Assembly: GCA_965219455.1 (NCBI GenBank)
Contig: OZ244744.1
Span: 4,288,001-4,352,000 of the forward strand
From: Candidatus Latescibacterota bacterium
GTDB taxonomy: Bacteria > Latescibacterota > UBA2968 > GCA-2709665
Direction: 5' to 3'
Length of the DNA: 64,000 nucleotides
The notes beneath the pieces were generated by a model that saw only the letters and a list, made by a program, of their open reading frames with translations, was not told where the DNA came from and did not search any database. Positions 20,849 to 30,185 of this stretch are shown here, piece after piece. Both the position numbers and the translations under genes were made by a program. Position 1 is the stretch's first letter. Every line of letters begins with the position of its first letter.

Positions 20849-21423
20849 CAGCAAGGCCGCTGGTCGTTGTACCGGAGGGTCTGGCCAAAGACGTCCACGG
20901 AAAGACCCTGCCCGAGCCCAGTTTTGTCTTCCGTCAGGTGTTGGACTATGTGGCCACGATTGCGACTACGGAAACTGTCATGTATCTGGCGCCGGCGAAT
21001 CGGTTTGGCGGCGAAGTCTATGAGCAGGAGGCAGCATACGCTTACCTGAACGCCAGGATGGATTGCGGGCAGATTCACTGTCCCGTCTATCCGGCGCCGG
21101 GCTATGTCGATACCTTCGGCAATGCGCTTCTGTTGCGAAGGTACCTTCTCGACCGGAAGCGATGGCCGCTGGGTCCCGTCGACCTGATCTGCGCCGAAAT
21201 GCACGCTTACAGGGCACGATATTGTTTTGCCAGGTTGGGCTACAGAATTGCACGAGTCCACCGGGTTCCCTACAGGGTTTTTCCCAACGAGCGTATTGTC
21301 GACCGCCTCTGGTACTATCGGGTTAAACCTTTGCATCTGGCTTATGAAATGGTGGCGCTGGCGCGGGACGTCGTTCGCGGCGCCGGACCGGACGGGACTT
21401 CCGCATGGCAATGCATCTGGTGA
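20845..21423 (+). CDS. YdcF/ElyC/SanA (DUF218)-like protein
   Basis: GTG overlaps the upstream TGA (GTGA); VDTFGNA, HAYRA, LAYE resemble DUF218 motifs (T.xNA, H..RA, .E). Confidence 0.55.
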   Translation: MTARPLVVVPEGLAKDVHGKTLPEPSFVFRQVLDYVATIATTETVMYLAPANRFGGEVYEQEAAYAYLNARMDCGQIHCPVYPAPGYVDTFGNALLLRRYLLDRKRWPLGPVDLICAEMHAYRARYCFARLGYRIARVHRVPYRVFPNERIVDRLWYYRVKPLHLAYEMVALARDVVRGAGPDGTSAWQCIW

Positions 21424-22436
21424 CGGGCGGTTCGGGTTTCCTGGGAAGCCATTTCGTTCGAAGGCTGCACGGCAAGGGCGAGGACGTTCGGGTCCTGGAT
21501 GTCATCGATTCACCGGACCGTCCGCGTGGCACGGAGTTTGTGACGTGCGATATTCGCGATAGCCGCGGCGTGCAGGACGCGATGAAGGGTGTGCAATTTG
21601 TGCATCATAACGTCGCGCTGGTGCCTCTGGCGAAAGCGGGTCCGGAATTCTGGAGTGTCAACGTCGGAGGCACGAGGGTCGCCGCGCACGCCGCCTTGGA
21701 CGCCGGTGTCAGGCTGTTCATTCACATATCGTCCTCGGCGGTATTCGGCGTGCCTGAAGCGTGTCCGATTACCGGTGCGACCCCGGCGGCGCCTGTCGAG
21801 AATTACGGTCGGGCCAAGCTCGCCGCGGAGCAGCAGGTTTTAAGGGCCGGCCGAAAAGGACTGCCCAGTCTGATCCTTCGCCCGCGAACCATTCTGGGGC
21901 CAGGCAGGTTGGGCATTTTTCAGATCCTGTTCGAATGGATTCGCGACAGCCGGAATATCTACGTCATTGGCAACGGCGACAATCTGTTCCAGTTTGTTCA
22001 CGTCGACGACCTGGTGACGGCCGCGCTGCTGGGCGCCGAGAAAGAGACACGGGGCGTGTTCAATATCGGCGCGGACAGGTATTCGACGCTACGCAACGAT
22101 TTGGACGAAACGATCAGACATGCCGGCAGCAAGACGAAAATTGTGGGATTGCCGGTCGATTTGACAGTATCTGCATTGAAGGTCCTGGATGTCCTGAAAA
22201 TCTGTCCGCTTGCGCCCTGGCACTACCTGACCTACCACAAACCATTTTATTTCGACCTTTCAGAGCCGATGGAACAGCTTGGCTGGAAACCCGGGTACGG
22301 CAACGTGGAGATGATGATCCAGGCTTACGATTGGTATATATCGCATGGTTCAAGGGAAATCGAAGCGGGTGCGATGTCCATTCATCGGGATCCGGTGAAA
22401 CAGGGTGTGCTTCGACTGCTAAAATGGTTGTCCTGA
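21405..22436 (+). CDS. NAD-dependent epimerase/dehydratase (extended SDR, 3beta-HSD-like)
   Basis: TGGSGFLG, SSSAVFG, YGRAK (YxxxK), LRPRTILGPGR. Confidence 0.9.
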   Translation: MAMHLVTGGSGFLGSHFVRRLHGKGEDVRVLDVIDSPDRPRGTEFVTCDIRDSRGVQDAMKGVQFVHHNVALVPLAKAGPEFWSVNVGGTRVAAHAALDAGVRLFIHISSSAVFGVPEACPITGATPAAPVENYGRAKLAAEQQVLRAGRKGLPSLILRPRTILGPGRLGIFQILFEWIRDSRNIYVIGNGDNLFQFVHVDDLVTAALLGAEKETRGVFNIGADRYSTLRNDLDETIRHAGSKTKIVGLPVDLTVSALKVLDVLKICPLAPWHYLTYHKPFYFDLSEPMEQLGWKPGYGNVEMMIQAYDWYISHGSREIEAGAMSIHRDPVKQGVLRLLKWLS

Positions 22437-22588
22437 GAAGACCGAGGCCAGCCGCAGGGAATTCCGGCAAAGCGGCGCAGGCGCGAATTCCGGGAACTCC
22501 GGGCGGGATTCGGACGTATATGGCAGGAAGCATTTGAAACCGGGTGGGCGGGTGTTTTTCAAACAACCTGACGGGTTGCCGCACACTG

Positions 22589-22614
22589 AAGCCCGGCGAA
22601 ATCGCCGGGTTTTT
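22589..22614 (+). terminator. Intrinsic terminator
   Basis: AAGCCCGGCG-AAAT-CGCCGGGTT hairpin followed by T-tract. Confidence 0.75.
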
Positions 22615-22753
22615 CTGTGTCTGAGCACGAATATAAATAATGCTTTCAGGTGCTTTGCCAGGAAAAAGGTGGAATGCGGATGGGATCGTTGAAATGCGAC
22701 CGGTGTGTCACTATGGGTTGGCATCTCATGTCTTCGCGAAGTGAGGCGTCCTT

Positions 22754-24994
22754 TTGAACCGCATGCGCATTCTGGTACTGGCTTTTCTTTTTCCGGGCGG
22801 GGTGTGGGCGGCCACCTTGAGCGGATTCGTGACAGACGGCACCAGCGGGGAGTCGCTTCCCTATTCGAATGTGGTCTTGAGAGGAGGGCCGCCGCCGCTG
22901 GGCGCGTTGAGCAACGTGGACGGGTATTACGCGGTCCAGCATATTCCTCCCGGTGAGTATACAATCGTCGTTTCTTACATCGGATACCGAAGCTACGCCG
23001 ATACGATTCGTTTTTCCGGGGCCGAGTTGCGGGAGTTGAATGTGCAGTTGATTCCCGAACCGATTTTATCCCGGGAGATCGTGGTTGAAGGGGACCCGTA
23101 CGAGGCGGAGCGAAATGTACAGACGGGTTTTGTGACGCTGGAGACGGCGCAGTTGCAGGAGTTGCCCGCCGTTGGCGAAACGGACCTGCTGCGCAGCCTT
23201 CAGTTGCTGCCCGGAATACAGGCGGCTTCGGATTTCAGCAGCGGGTTGTATATCCGCGGCGGCGGACCGGACCAGACGCTGATCCTGCTGGATCAGATCC
23301 CGCTGTATAATCCGACGTACGCGTTCGGCTTTTTCTCTACGTTCAATCCCGACGCCATTAAGGATATGAGCCTGCACAAAGGCGCCTATCCGGCCCAATA
23401 CGGCGGGCGGCTCGGTTCCGTTCTGGACGTGCGCAACCGCGACGGCAACCGGAAGGGATTCGAGGGAACGGGGGGGATCAGCCTGATATCCGCGCGAATG
23501 ACCCTGGAGGGACCGGCGGGCGACGGTTCCTGGATGGTCTCCGGCCGGCGGACGTATCTGGAACCGGTTCTTTCCCTGATAAGGGACGAGGACACCGATG
23601 TGCCGTACTATTATTTTTACGATACCAATGCAAAGTTCAATCATGATTTCGGGGATCACGACAAGCTGATGTTCAGCGGATATTTCGGACGGGACGACTT
23701 GAAAATCGACCTGGAGGACGGGAGTTTTTTCAACGTACGGTGGGGCAACACGGCCTTCACTGGCCGATGGACCCATGTGTTTTCGCCCGCGGTTTTCGGA
23801 AATCTCGTGGTCTCGGGAAGCAAATACGAAAGTAACACGGAAGTACGGGTGATCGAGACCCCCATACGGTTTTCCAACGGGATTCTGGATGTCACGATCA
23901 AGGGTGATCTGGACTTTTTCGCGAGCAGCCGACATTCGTTGAATTCCGGGTTTCTGGCCACCTGGTTCGACTTCGCGTTCAAACAGAGTTTCAATCAGGT
24001 CGATCAATTGGATATCCGCGAGCAGCCGTTTCTGTTTTCGGCATATGCGCAGGATCTCTGGCAGCCGCGGGCGGAGACCAGCGTGAGGTTGGGCGCGCGC
24101 GCGAACTATAGATTCAGCGAAGGCGACCGGCTTCACGTCGAGCCTCGATTTGCCCTTAGCCACGGTCTCACGCCGACGTTGAGGCTGAAGGTGGGCGGCG
24201 GGTCATACAGACAGTACATCCAGCTGGTGACGACCGAGGCCTTCAGCGGTGGCGATTTCTGGGTCCCTCTCGACCAGACCGTGGAGCCTGGCCGTTCCTG
24301 GCAGGGGGTGACGGGCGTGGAATGGGAACCGTCGAAGCGGTATCAGTTCACGTTGGAAGGATACTATACCGACTTTGCAAACCTGGTGCTGATCGACAAC
24401 AACGTCGCCGTCGGCTCCGAAGGGGGGACCTCCGAAGACGCGTTTCTGAGCGGCGGCACCGGAGTCGCTACCGGGCTTGAGTTCTTCCTGCAGAGGCGCA
24501 CGGGGTCGATTACCGGTTGGATCGGATATACGCTGGGTTGGACGCGCCGGCAATTTGCGGAGTTGAACGACGGGAAAAGGTTCCCGCCAAAGTACGATCG
24601 GCGGCACGATCTCTCTTTTGTGAGCAACTGGCGCGTGGGCAGGTGGACCTTTGGCGCCAACCTGCTGTACGCGACGGGGCAGGCGTTTACACCGGCGTCC
24701 GCGGTATACGGATTGAGGCGGCCCGCCGAGCCCGAAGCGAGAACCGGGAACTATGCGCTGCCGGCGGACCGGAACAGCGCGCGGTTGTTGCCGTACCACA
24801 GGCTGGACCTGAGCGTCAAGCGTGGAATCCGTGTTTTCGGGGTGGACGCGGAGGCGTACATTCAGGTATTTAACGTCTATAGCCGCCGCAACGAATGGTT
24901 CGTCCAATTCGATCCGGACGCAATTCAAACCGATCCGGAGGTCGTGAAGATGTTGCCGATCGTACCGACGTTGGGCATCAACTATGCCTTTTGA
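22754..24994 (+). CDS. TonB-dependent receptor with N-terminal CarboxypepD_reg-like domain
   Basis: Signal peptide, GFVTDGTSGESLPYSNV, plug LQLLPGI...YIRGG...LLD, KGAYPAQYGGRLGSVLD, C-terminal YHRLD...NVY...GINYAF. Confidence 0.92.
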   Translation: MNRMRILVLAFLFPGGVWAATLSGFVTDGTSGESLPYSNVVLRGGPPPLGALSNVDGYYAVQHIPPGEYTIVVSYIGYRSYADTIRFSGAELRELNVQLIPEPILSREIVVEGDPYEAERNVQTGFVTLETAQLQELPAVGETDLLRSLQLLPGIQAASDFSSGLYIRGGGPDQTLILLDQIPLYNPTYAFGFFSTFNPDAIKDMSLHKGAYPAQYGGRLGSVLDVRNRDGNRKGFEGTGGISLISARMTLEGPAGDGSWMVSGRRTYLEPVLSLIRDEDTDVPYYYFYDTNAKFNHDFGDHDKLMFSGYFGRDDLKIDLEDGSFFNVRWGNTAFTGRWTHVFSPAVFGNLVVSGSKYESNTEVRVIETPIRFSNGILDVTIKGDLDFFASSRHSLNSGFLATWFDFAFKQSFNQVDQLDIREQPFLFSAYAQDLWQPRAETSVRLGARANYRFSEGDRLHVEPRFALSHGLTPTLRLKVGGGSYRQYIQLVTTEAFSGGDFWVPLDQTVEPGRSWQGVTGVEWEPSKRYQFTLEGYYTDFANLVLIDNNVAVGSEGGTSEDAFLSGGTGVATGLEFFLQRRTGSITGWIGYTLGWTRRQFAELNDGKRFPPKYDRRHDLSFVSNWRVGRWTFGANLLYATGQAFTPASAVYGLRRPAEPEARTGNYALPADRNSARLLPYHRLDLSVKRGIRVFGVDAEAYIQVFNVYSRRNEWFVQFDPDAIQTDPEVVKMLPIVPTLGINYAF

Positions 24995-25087
24995 TAGCCG
25001 AATGGAATTGAGGTCGCCGAATTCACTATGGGCGCGCTTTTCGTGGCTTCCTGATTTCTTACCTATGTCCCGGCACGGGAGATCCTT

Positions 25088-26020
25088 GTGATGAATTCGC
25101 GGATTGCAGCCCATAAACGCTTGGCTGTCGCATGCTGCTTTCTGATAGCCGCCTGTCAGGCCGATCGGACGAACGAGTCATTGTTCGGCCCGAACGGGGC
25201 GGGCGAACTCGTGCTTGACGGGCTGCTGATTGTGGGGCGGCCGCTTCCGCCGGTATTCGTGACGCAGACGGTGGCTTCAGTCGACCGCGACAGGCCGAGG
25301 AATGCCGTGGTGCCGGATGCCGTCGTGGAAATACGGAATGGGGAACGTGTCTATCGGTACGTGCGGGATCCCGATGCAAATCCGTTTCAGTATTCGCCGC
25401 CCGCCAATTCGCTGGTTGTATCCCCGGATACGAAGTATGTTCTGGTCGTAACGGCAACCGGCAGGACGGCGCGGGCGACGACGATCACTCCCGGCCCGTT
25501 CCGGGTGCGGGAGGGCGTGGTTCTGGATGCGAAGACCGAAGAGATTCAGCGGAGACTGAAGGGGTTTGCCGAAGTGGCGGATGGGGTCTTTCTTGCGCCG
25601 GAGAACCGGGTGGTTTACAGGACCGGGTTTCTGGAGGCCAGGTTCGACCCCATCGATGTCCCGGGTTACCAGGTCGGTATTGTGAGTCTGGACCCGGATG
25701 CAGACGCGCTGGACCGCGGGCCGTTCGACGACGCCCCGGTTCGCACGGGCAGTTCACCGGCGATTGAGTCGACGGACGGTACAGTCAGGCTGCCCTGGTT
25801 CGCGATCTATTTTTCGGGGCGACACCTGATGCGGATTTACGCGGTGGACCGGAACTGGTACGACTATGTGCGCTCGGGGCCGGAGGCGCAGGAGGGGTGG
25901 TTCGGGGGGCTCGCGGGCGAGAGTTTCAGGCGGCCGCTCTTCCACGTGGAGGGCGGGATCGGACTCTTTGGGTCCGCATCCGTGGATTCCCTCGGGTTCG
26001 TCGTGGTCGACGAACCGTGA
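25088..26020 (+). CDS. DUF4249-like lipoprotein, TBDR partner
   Basis: Lipobox LIAAC; LVLDGLL, YVL.V, YAVD.NWYDY, VEGGIGLFGS C-terminal motif; follows the TBDR. Confidence 0.7.
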   Translation: MMNSRIAAHKRLAVACCFLIAACQADRTNESLFGPNGAGELVLDGLLIVGRPLPPVFVTQTVASVDRDRPRNAVVPDAVVEIRNGERVYRYVRDPDANPFQYSPPANSLVVSPDTKYVLVVTATGRTARATTITPGPFRVREGVVLDAKTEEIQRRLKGFAEVADGVFLAPENRVVYRTGFLEARFDPIDVPGYQVGIVSLDPDADALDRGPFDDAPVRTGSSPAIESTDGTVRLPWFAIYFSGRHLMRIYAVDRNWYDYVRSGPEAQEGWFGGLAGESFRRPLFHVEGGIGLFGSASVDSLGFVVVDEP

Positions 26021-26048
26021 GGGCCGGAGATGCAATCACGCTTCGACC

Positions 26049-26080
26049 AGGCTCGGCGGAACTCCCGCCGGGCTTTTTCT
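26049..26080 (+). terminator. Intrinsic terminator between convergent genes
   Basis: GGCTCGGCGG-AACTC-CCGCCGGGCT followed by TTTT. Confidence 0.7.
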
Positions 26081-26082
26081 AT

Positions 26083-27867
26083 TTACGGCAGCGGTCGACC
26101 GAACGACCTCGCGAATTCAATGAAATCGGTGAAGTCAACCCGGTTGTCACCGTTCAGATCGTAGGTTGTATCATCCGTGTTGAAAGCTCTCGCAAAACCG
26201 ATAAAGTCGGTGAAATCGACACTCCCGTCGCCGTTGAAATCGGTGCGGGGATTGGCGAATACGACTTCGGGGGGCGGACGCTCCTCCAGGATTTCCAGGG
26301 TCTGGTTGGGCTCAACCTCCCTGATCGTCTGGACAATGCCACTGGGCCAGCGGATGTTGATGGAGTCAATCACGGCGCTGGTGCCGATGCCGAACGTCGG
26401 CCAAAGGCTGTGCTGTGAGAAACTGCTGCCCCCGCTGGCAACGTCGCGAATCTGGGTCCTGCCGCCCGCGGTCAGCCGGATTCTGGCGCCGATGGCCGAC
26501 CGGTTGCTTTCGGTGCCCTCCAGTTTCAGACGGAGCCAGTTGTTGTCGTCGTCCTTTTTCGTAAACAGCAGCGGATAACCCGTCCGGTCATTCGTTCCGG
26601 CGTTTGCGACGAAAATATCCACGTGGCCGTCGTTATTGACGTCGCCGGTCGCAACGCCAACCGCAATGGTGGGCCTTCCGGTATCGTCAACCGTACTCAG
26701 ACCGTAGCGTGCCGTGGAATCCCTGAACGCGCCGGCCCCGTCATTGATCAGGAGGTGGCCCGGGTTGTACCATGCCCCTAGCATTTCGAAGTTGCCCACG
26801 TAGTATAGATCCAGGTCGCCATCGTTGTCGAAATCCGTAAAGACCGTTCCCCAGCCGAATTCCAATTCGGCTAGTTTGCGATTGTCCGCAATTTCCAGTA
26901 CCTCGGCAATATTGGTGAATACACCCTGGTCGTTGCGGAAGAATCCGTGCAGATCATATTCCTGGTGGCCTTTCTTGTCCACGAAGGAGCCGCCGACGTT
27001 GGTGGCGAAAAAGTCGAAATCGCCGTCCAGGTCGTAGTCTCCGAACGCAAGCCCCATCCAGCTTCCCGTGATTCCCAGGCCGGCATCCCTGGTAACGTCC
27101 GTGAATCTCAGGTTGCCGTCGTTCCTGTGCAGCCGGATGGGAGACCATTCGCCGTCCAGCGCAATACCCTGGTCGTTGGCCGTAAACAGGTCCGGGTCTC
27201 CGTCGTCGTCATAGTCGCAGAAGCGGACGGACCATGTATACGTACCTTCGGTGCCGGTTTCATCGGTAATGTCCTTGAATGTGAGATCGCCGTTGTTGAG
27301 ATAGAGTTCGCCTGTGCCCACGATTCTGTTCTCCTCCACGCCACCCTCACCGCCCGCGCCGCCCACGTAGATGTCCACGTATCCGTCGTTGTCGACGTCC
27401 GCAAATGCTACGGTGGATGAGAAGTAATCGGAGACGATGCCCGCCGACTCCGCGATGTTCTCAAACGTCCCGTCGCCGTTGTTCAGAAAGAGGTAATTGT
27501 GCCCGTCCGTGGCCACGAAGAGATCCGCGTCGCCGTCGTTGTCGATATCGGCGCTGGCCACGCCGTGTGTCTCAACCGTGACAGCCACGCCCGCCTCCCT
27601 GCCGACGTCCCGGAAATTGCCGCTCCCGTCGTTTTCCAACAGGTAGTTGCGATATGCAGGACCGTGTCCGTGACCGTTTGCGACGTAGACGTCCAGGTCG
27701 CCGTCGTTGTCGTAGTCGAACATCGCGGCGCCGGGAAGCCCGCCCATTTCGTCACGGAAGCTGATTTCGTGCGGAAAATCGTACAGAAATGGGCCCTCGT
27801 TCTGCGCTGCGGCGGAAGAACACAGCGTGATTGAAACAAAAAATGAAAACAAACCGCGTCTCGTCAT
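26083..27867 (-). CDS. CRTAC1/FG-GAP repeat protein with ASPIC/UnbV domain and C-terminal EF-hand/dockerin-like pair
   Basis: Signal peptide; repeated D(Y/I/F)DNDGDxD; SNRSAIGARI...GGSSFSQ...FGIG...IRWPSG; DFNGDGSVDFTDF and DLNGDNRVDFTDF. Confidence 0.9.
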   Translation of the reverse strand: MTRRGLFSFFVSITLCSSAAAQNEGPFLYDFPHEISFRDEMGGLPGAAMFDYDNDGDLDVYVANGHGHGPAYRNYLLENDGSGNFRDVGREAGVAVTVETHGVASADIDNDGDADLFVATDGHNYLFLNNGDGTFENIAESAGIVSDYFSSTVAFADVDNDGYVDIYVGGAGGEGGVEENRIVGTGELYLNNGDLTFKDITDETGTEGTYTWSVRFCDYDDDGDPDLFTANDQGIALDGEWSPIRLHRNDGNLRFTDVTRDAGLGITGSWMGLAFGDYDLDGDFDFFATNVGGSFVDKKGHQEYDLHGFFRNDQGVFTNIAEVLEIADNRKLAELEFGWGTVFTDFDNDGDLDLYYVGNFEMLGAWYNPGHLLINDGAGAFRDSTARYGLSTVDDTGRPTIAVGVATGDVNNDGHVDIFVANAGTNDRTGYPLLFTKKDDDNNWLRLKLEGTESNRSAIGARIRLTAGGRTQIRDVASGGSSFSQHSLWPTFGIGTSAVIDSINIRWPSGIVQTIREVEPNQTLEILEERPPPEVVFANPRTDFNGDGSVDFTDFIGFARAFNTDDTTYDLNGDNRVDFTDFIEFARSFGRPLP

Positions 27868-27968
27868 GCGTGAATCCTCCAGAGAGATTACCCGGCATTG
27901 TTCAGCGAAAAAATAACACAGAAACGAGAAGATCTGTCAAGGAAGGAATGGATTTTGGACGTTGAGAT

Positions 27969-29960
27969 TCAAGCCCATCCATGTACATGATGGCCCCCTC
28001 CGGGAAACCAGATCAGATCGATCAGAAAGGAGACCAGAACACCCGTAGCCCGGCCGACGATGATTCCGAAAAAGAGGGGACGGAAAAAGCGATACAGCTG
28101 TACGCCGCCAACGCGCATGACGATGGCTTTGAAGAGCCAGACGATGAGAATGGCGGTGATTTCGTGCAGGAGGCTGGTGGTGGTGACGATAAAGCCCACG
28201 GGATGCAGCGGCCACCACGGCAGGCGGTAGCGCAGAAGCGTGAGGACCGCCATGAGGATGCCGCCGAAGGCGAATAGTACGACGCGTTCCCACGAGGCCG
28301 GTTCGGGCGATTTGATATTCGAGACGACGGCGTCGTAAAGGCGGGGCGCGTACCTTGTGAAGGGGTACTCCGTAAAGTTGAACGCCCCGTATTTATATCC
28401 GAGGTAGAGCACCATCCAGATGTTTACGGCCAGCGCGGTAAGCAGGCCCCCGAGCGCGGCCCAGAACAGGATGCGGCGGTTACCCCGCGCGCGGTCGAGG
28501 GCTTTCGCACCCTGGGAAAGAGCCGGCATGAAATACATCCATCGCAGCGCGTGCGACGTGGCCGAGGCCGTAAGGACCCTGGCGGAAATGGTCTCGGTGC
28601 CCAGTACCTGGTAACCCATGTCCAGGGGGCTGGTCGGAAGGCCCAGGTACAGGGTGCCGGACTCACAGACGAACCGCGCCAGCGCGATGTAGATGATAAT
28701 CGACGCCGGAACGGTGATGGCCATCAGTGCCAGTTCGATCCCCGCCTGGTGCAGCCATGCGACAATGTAGAGGTTGCCCAGAATGAACCCGATGACGGCC
28801 GTGCGATAAGAGAGTATTTCGTTGGAATCATCCACGTCGGATTCATTGAAGAATGCCTTGCGGAACACGTCCCGGAGGTGGTGTCGCGCCGACCAGAAAC
28901 CCCAGGCCACAAAGACGAAGAGCGCGCCCAGGCATTGCCACTGGACGAGCGGATCGCCCCATCCGCCGCCGGATTTGTGCATGCGGCCGAACTGGAAGCC
29001 GGTTTTTCGAATCAGGGCGATCTCGGACATCAGCAGGAAATGGAAGAACCAGATTGAGAAGAGGATTTCCAGCTTCACGAAGTAACCGAAGCCGATCGTG
29101 TACGTATTGATGTGGGTGAGCAGAGGCGGAAAAATCCGGGCAAAGTAGAACAGGCCCCCGTTGGGACTCACGCTGATGCGGGGCCACGTGGGCTGAAAAT
29201 ACGTAATCATGTTCCAGCCGATAATGCCGAAGGTGATCCCGAAGCCAATCCAGAAAAGGCGGCCCTTAAAGAGGTCCGGCCATTTGTTTTTGCCCGACGC
29301 GTCATGGATGTCGTCGATGGTTTCGAGAATGGGTGCGAGGAGGGGATAATCCAGTCGTTCGTATTCAACCCACTGTTTTCGCAGGATCGCCGCGATGCAG
29401 GCGCAGACGGTGAACCCCGCCAGAATGAGCGTGAGCCACCAGAAGAGCGGGAGGTACCACACATTCCAGGGGATGTCCGCACCCGACGGCAGCCCTTCGT
29501 AGAGCAGGGTTGTCTGCCGGCCGTCGTTGGTAGGGAAAAGATAGTCCGGAAGATGAGGTTGAATGAAGTCGATCCAGCCGTTTTCTGGCGTGCTGCGGTA
29601 GTATGGAACGGCCATCAGGCCCAGCCAGATGCCGGTGAGCCCCCGGGCGGGGATCATCGCGGCCACAAGGCCCATTGCAATGATCGTGAGCATTTCCGAG
29701 GAACCCAGGCCGGACGATCCGGGCCTCCTGCGAAGGATCAGGTTGATCGTGAGGACGACAAGGAAAATGGCGAGAAAGGAGACGGGCAGGTGTGTGATAT
29801 TGACCGATGACGTATCTGCCGCGGTGCGCGAATAGGCGATCCAGCCGCTGGTGAGGGCCGATACAATGACGCCTATTCCCACCGAACGGAGCGTGATGCC
29901 CCGATCCTGGAGGTCGGCGTTCGATTCGAAGGGAGGCTCTTGCGGTTTTGGCAGTGCCAT
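27969..29960 (-). CDS. Polytopic membrane protein, DUF6785/DUF6784-like (putative transporter)
   Basis: Many TM segments; PWNVW..P, LRKQWVEYERLDYPL, FSIWFF, WWPLHPVGF, GG..LYR..RPLFFG. Confidence 0.7.
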   Translation of the reverse strand: MALPKPQEPPFESNADLQDRGITLRSVGIGVIVSALTSGWIAYSRTAADTSSVNITHLPVSFLAIFLVVLTINLILRRRPGSSGLGSSEMLTIIAMGLVAAMIPARGLTGIWLGLMAVPYYRSTPENGWIDFIQPHLPDYLFPTNDGRQTTLLYEGLPSGADIPWNVWYLPLFWWLTLILAGFTVCACIAAILRKQWVEYERLDYPLLAPILETIDDIHDASGKNKWPDLFKGRLFWIGFGITFGIIGWNMITYFQPTWPRISVSPNGGLFYFARIFPPLLTHINTYTIGFGYFVKLEILFSIWFFHFLLMSEIALIRKTGFQFGRMHKSGGGWGDPLVQWQCLGALFVFVAWGFWSARHHLRDVFRKAFFNESDVDDSNEILSYRTAVIGFILGNLYIVAWLHQAGIELALMAITVPASIIIYIALARFVCESGTLYLGLPTSPLDMGYQVLGTETISARVLTASATSHALRWMYFMPALSQGAKALDRARGNRRILFWAALGGLLTALAVNIWMVLYLGYKYGAFNFTEYPFTRYAPRLYDAVVSNIKSPEPASWERVVLFAFGGILMAVLTLLRYRLPWWPLHPVGFIVTTTSLLHEITAILIVWLFKAIVMRVGGVQLYRFFRPLFFGIIVGRATGVLVSFLIDLIWFPGGGHHVHGWA

Positions 29961-30023
29961 GTGGTGGGATTGTTGTTAAATTCAAGTAGGCCAGGTGGTG
30001 TACGGGCTTGCCTGTGGGGGCAT

Positions 30024-30103
30024 AAAATAAATGGAACAGGGCGTTTAGTCAAGGAGCGAGGTAAATAAGTACTGTTTACATTTTATCCAGGACCGGGTAT
30101 ATT
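30024..30103. promoter_or_regulatory. Divergent sigma70-type promoter pair
   Basis: Minus: TTGACT(30052-30047)-17-TATTTT; plus: TTTACA(30075)-17-TATATT(30098). Confidence 0.55.
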
Positions 30104-30185
30104 ATTTCCCGAAATTCGAAACTTCTCAGTCGATCCGAATCGCCCGTCTCCCGGGCGCCGCGGGGCCACCCACCGGAGGTCAGGT

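Noticed and set aside
22615-22753. Cobalamin or TPP riboswitch before the first TBDR
   Set aside because: No B12-box or TPP consensus visible; an Rfam scan would settle it
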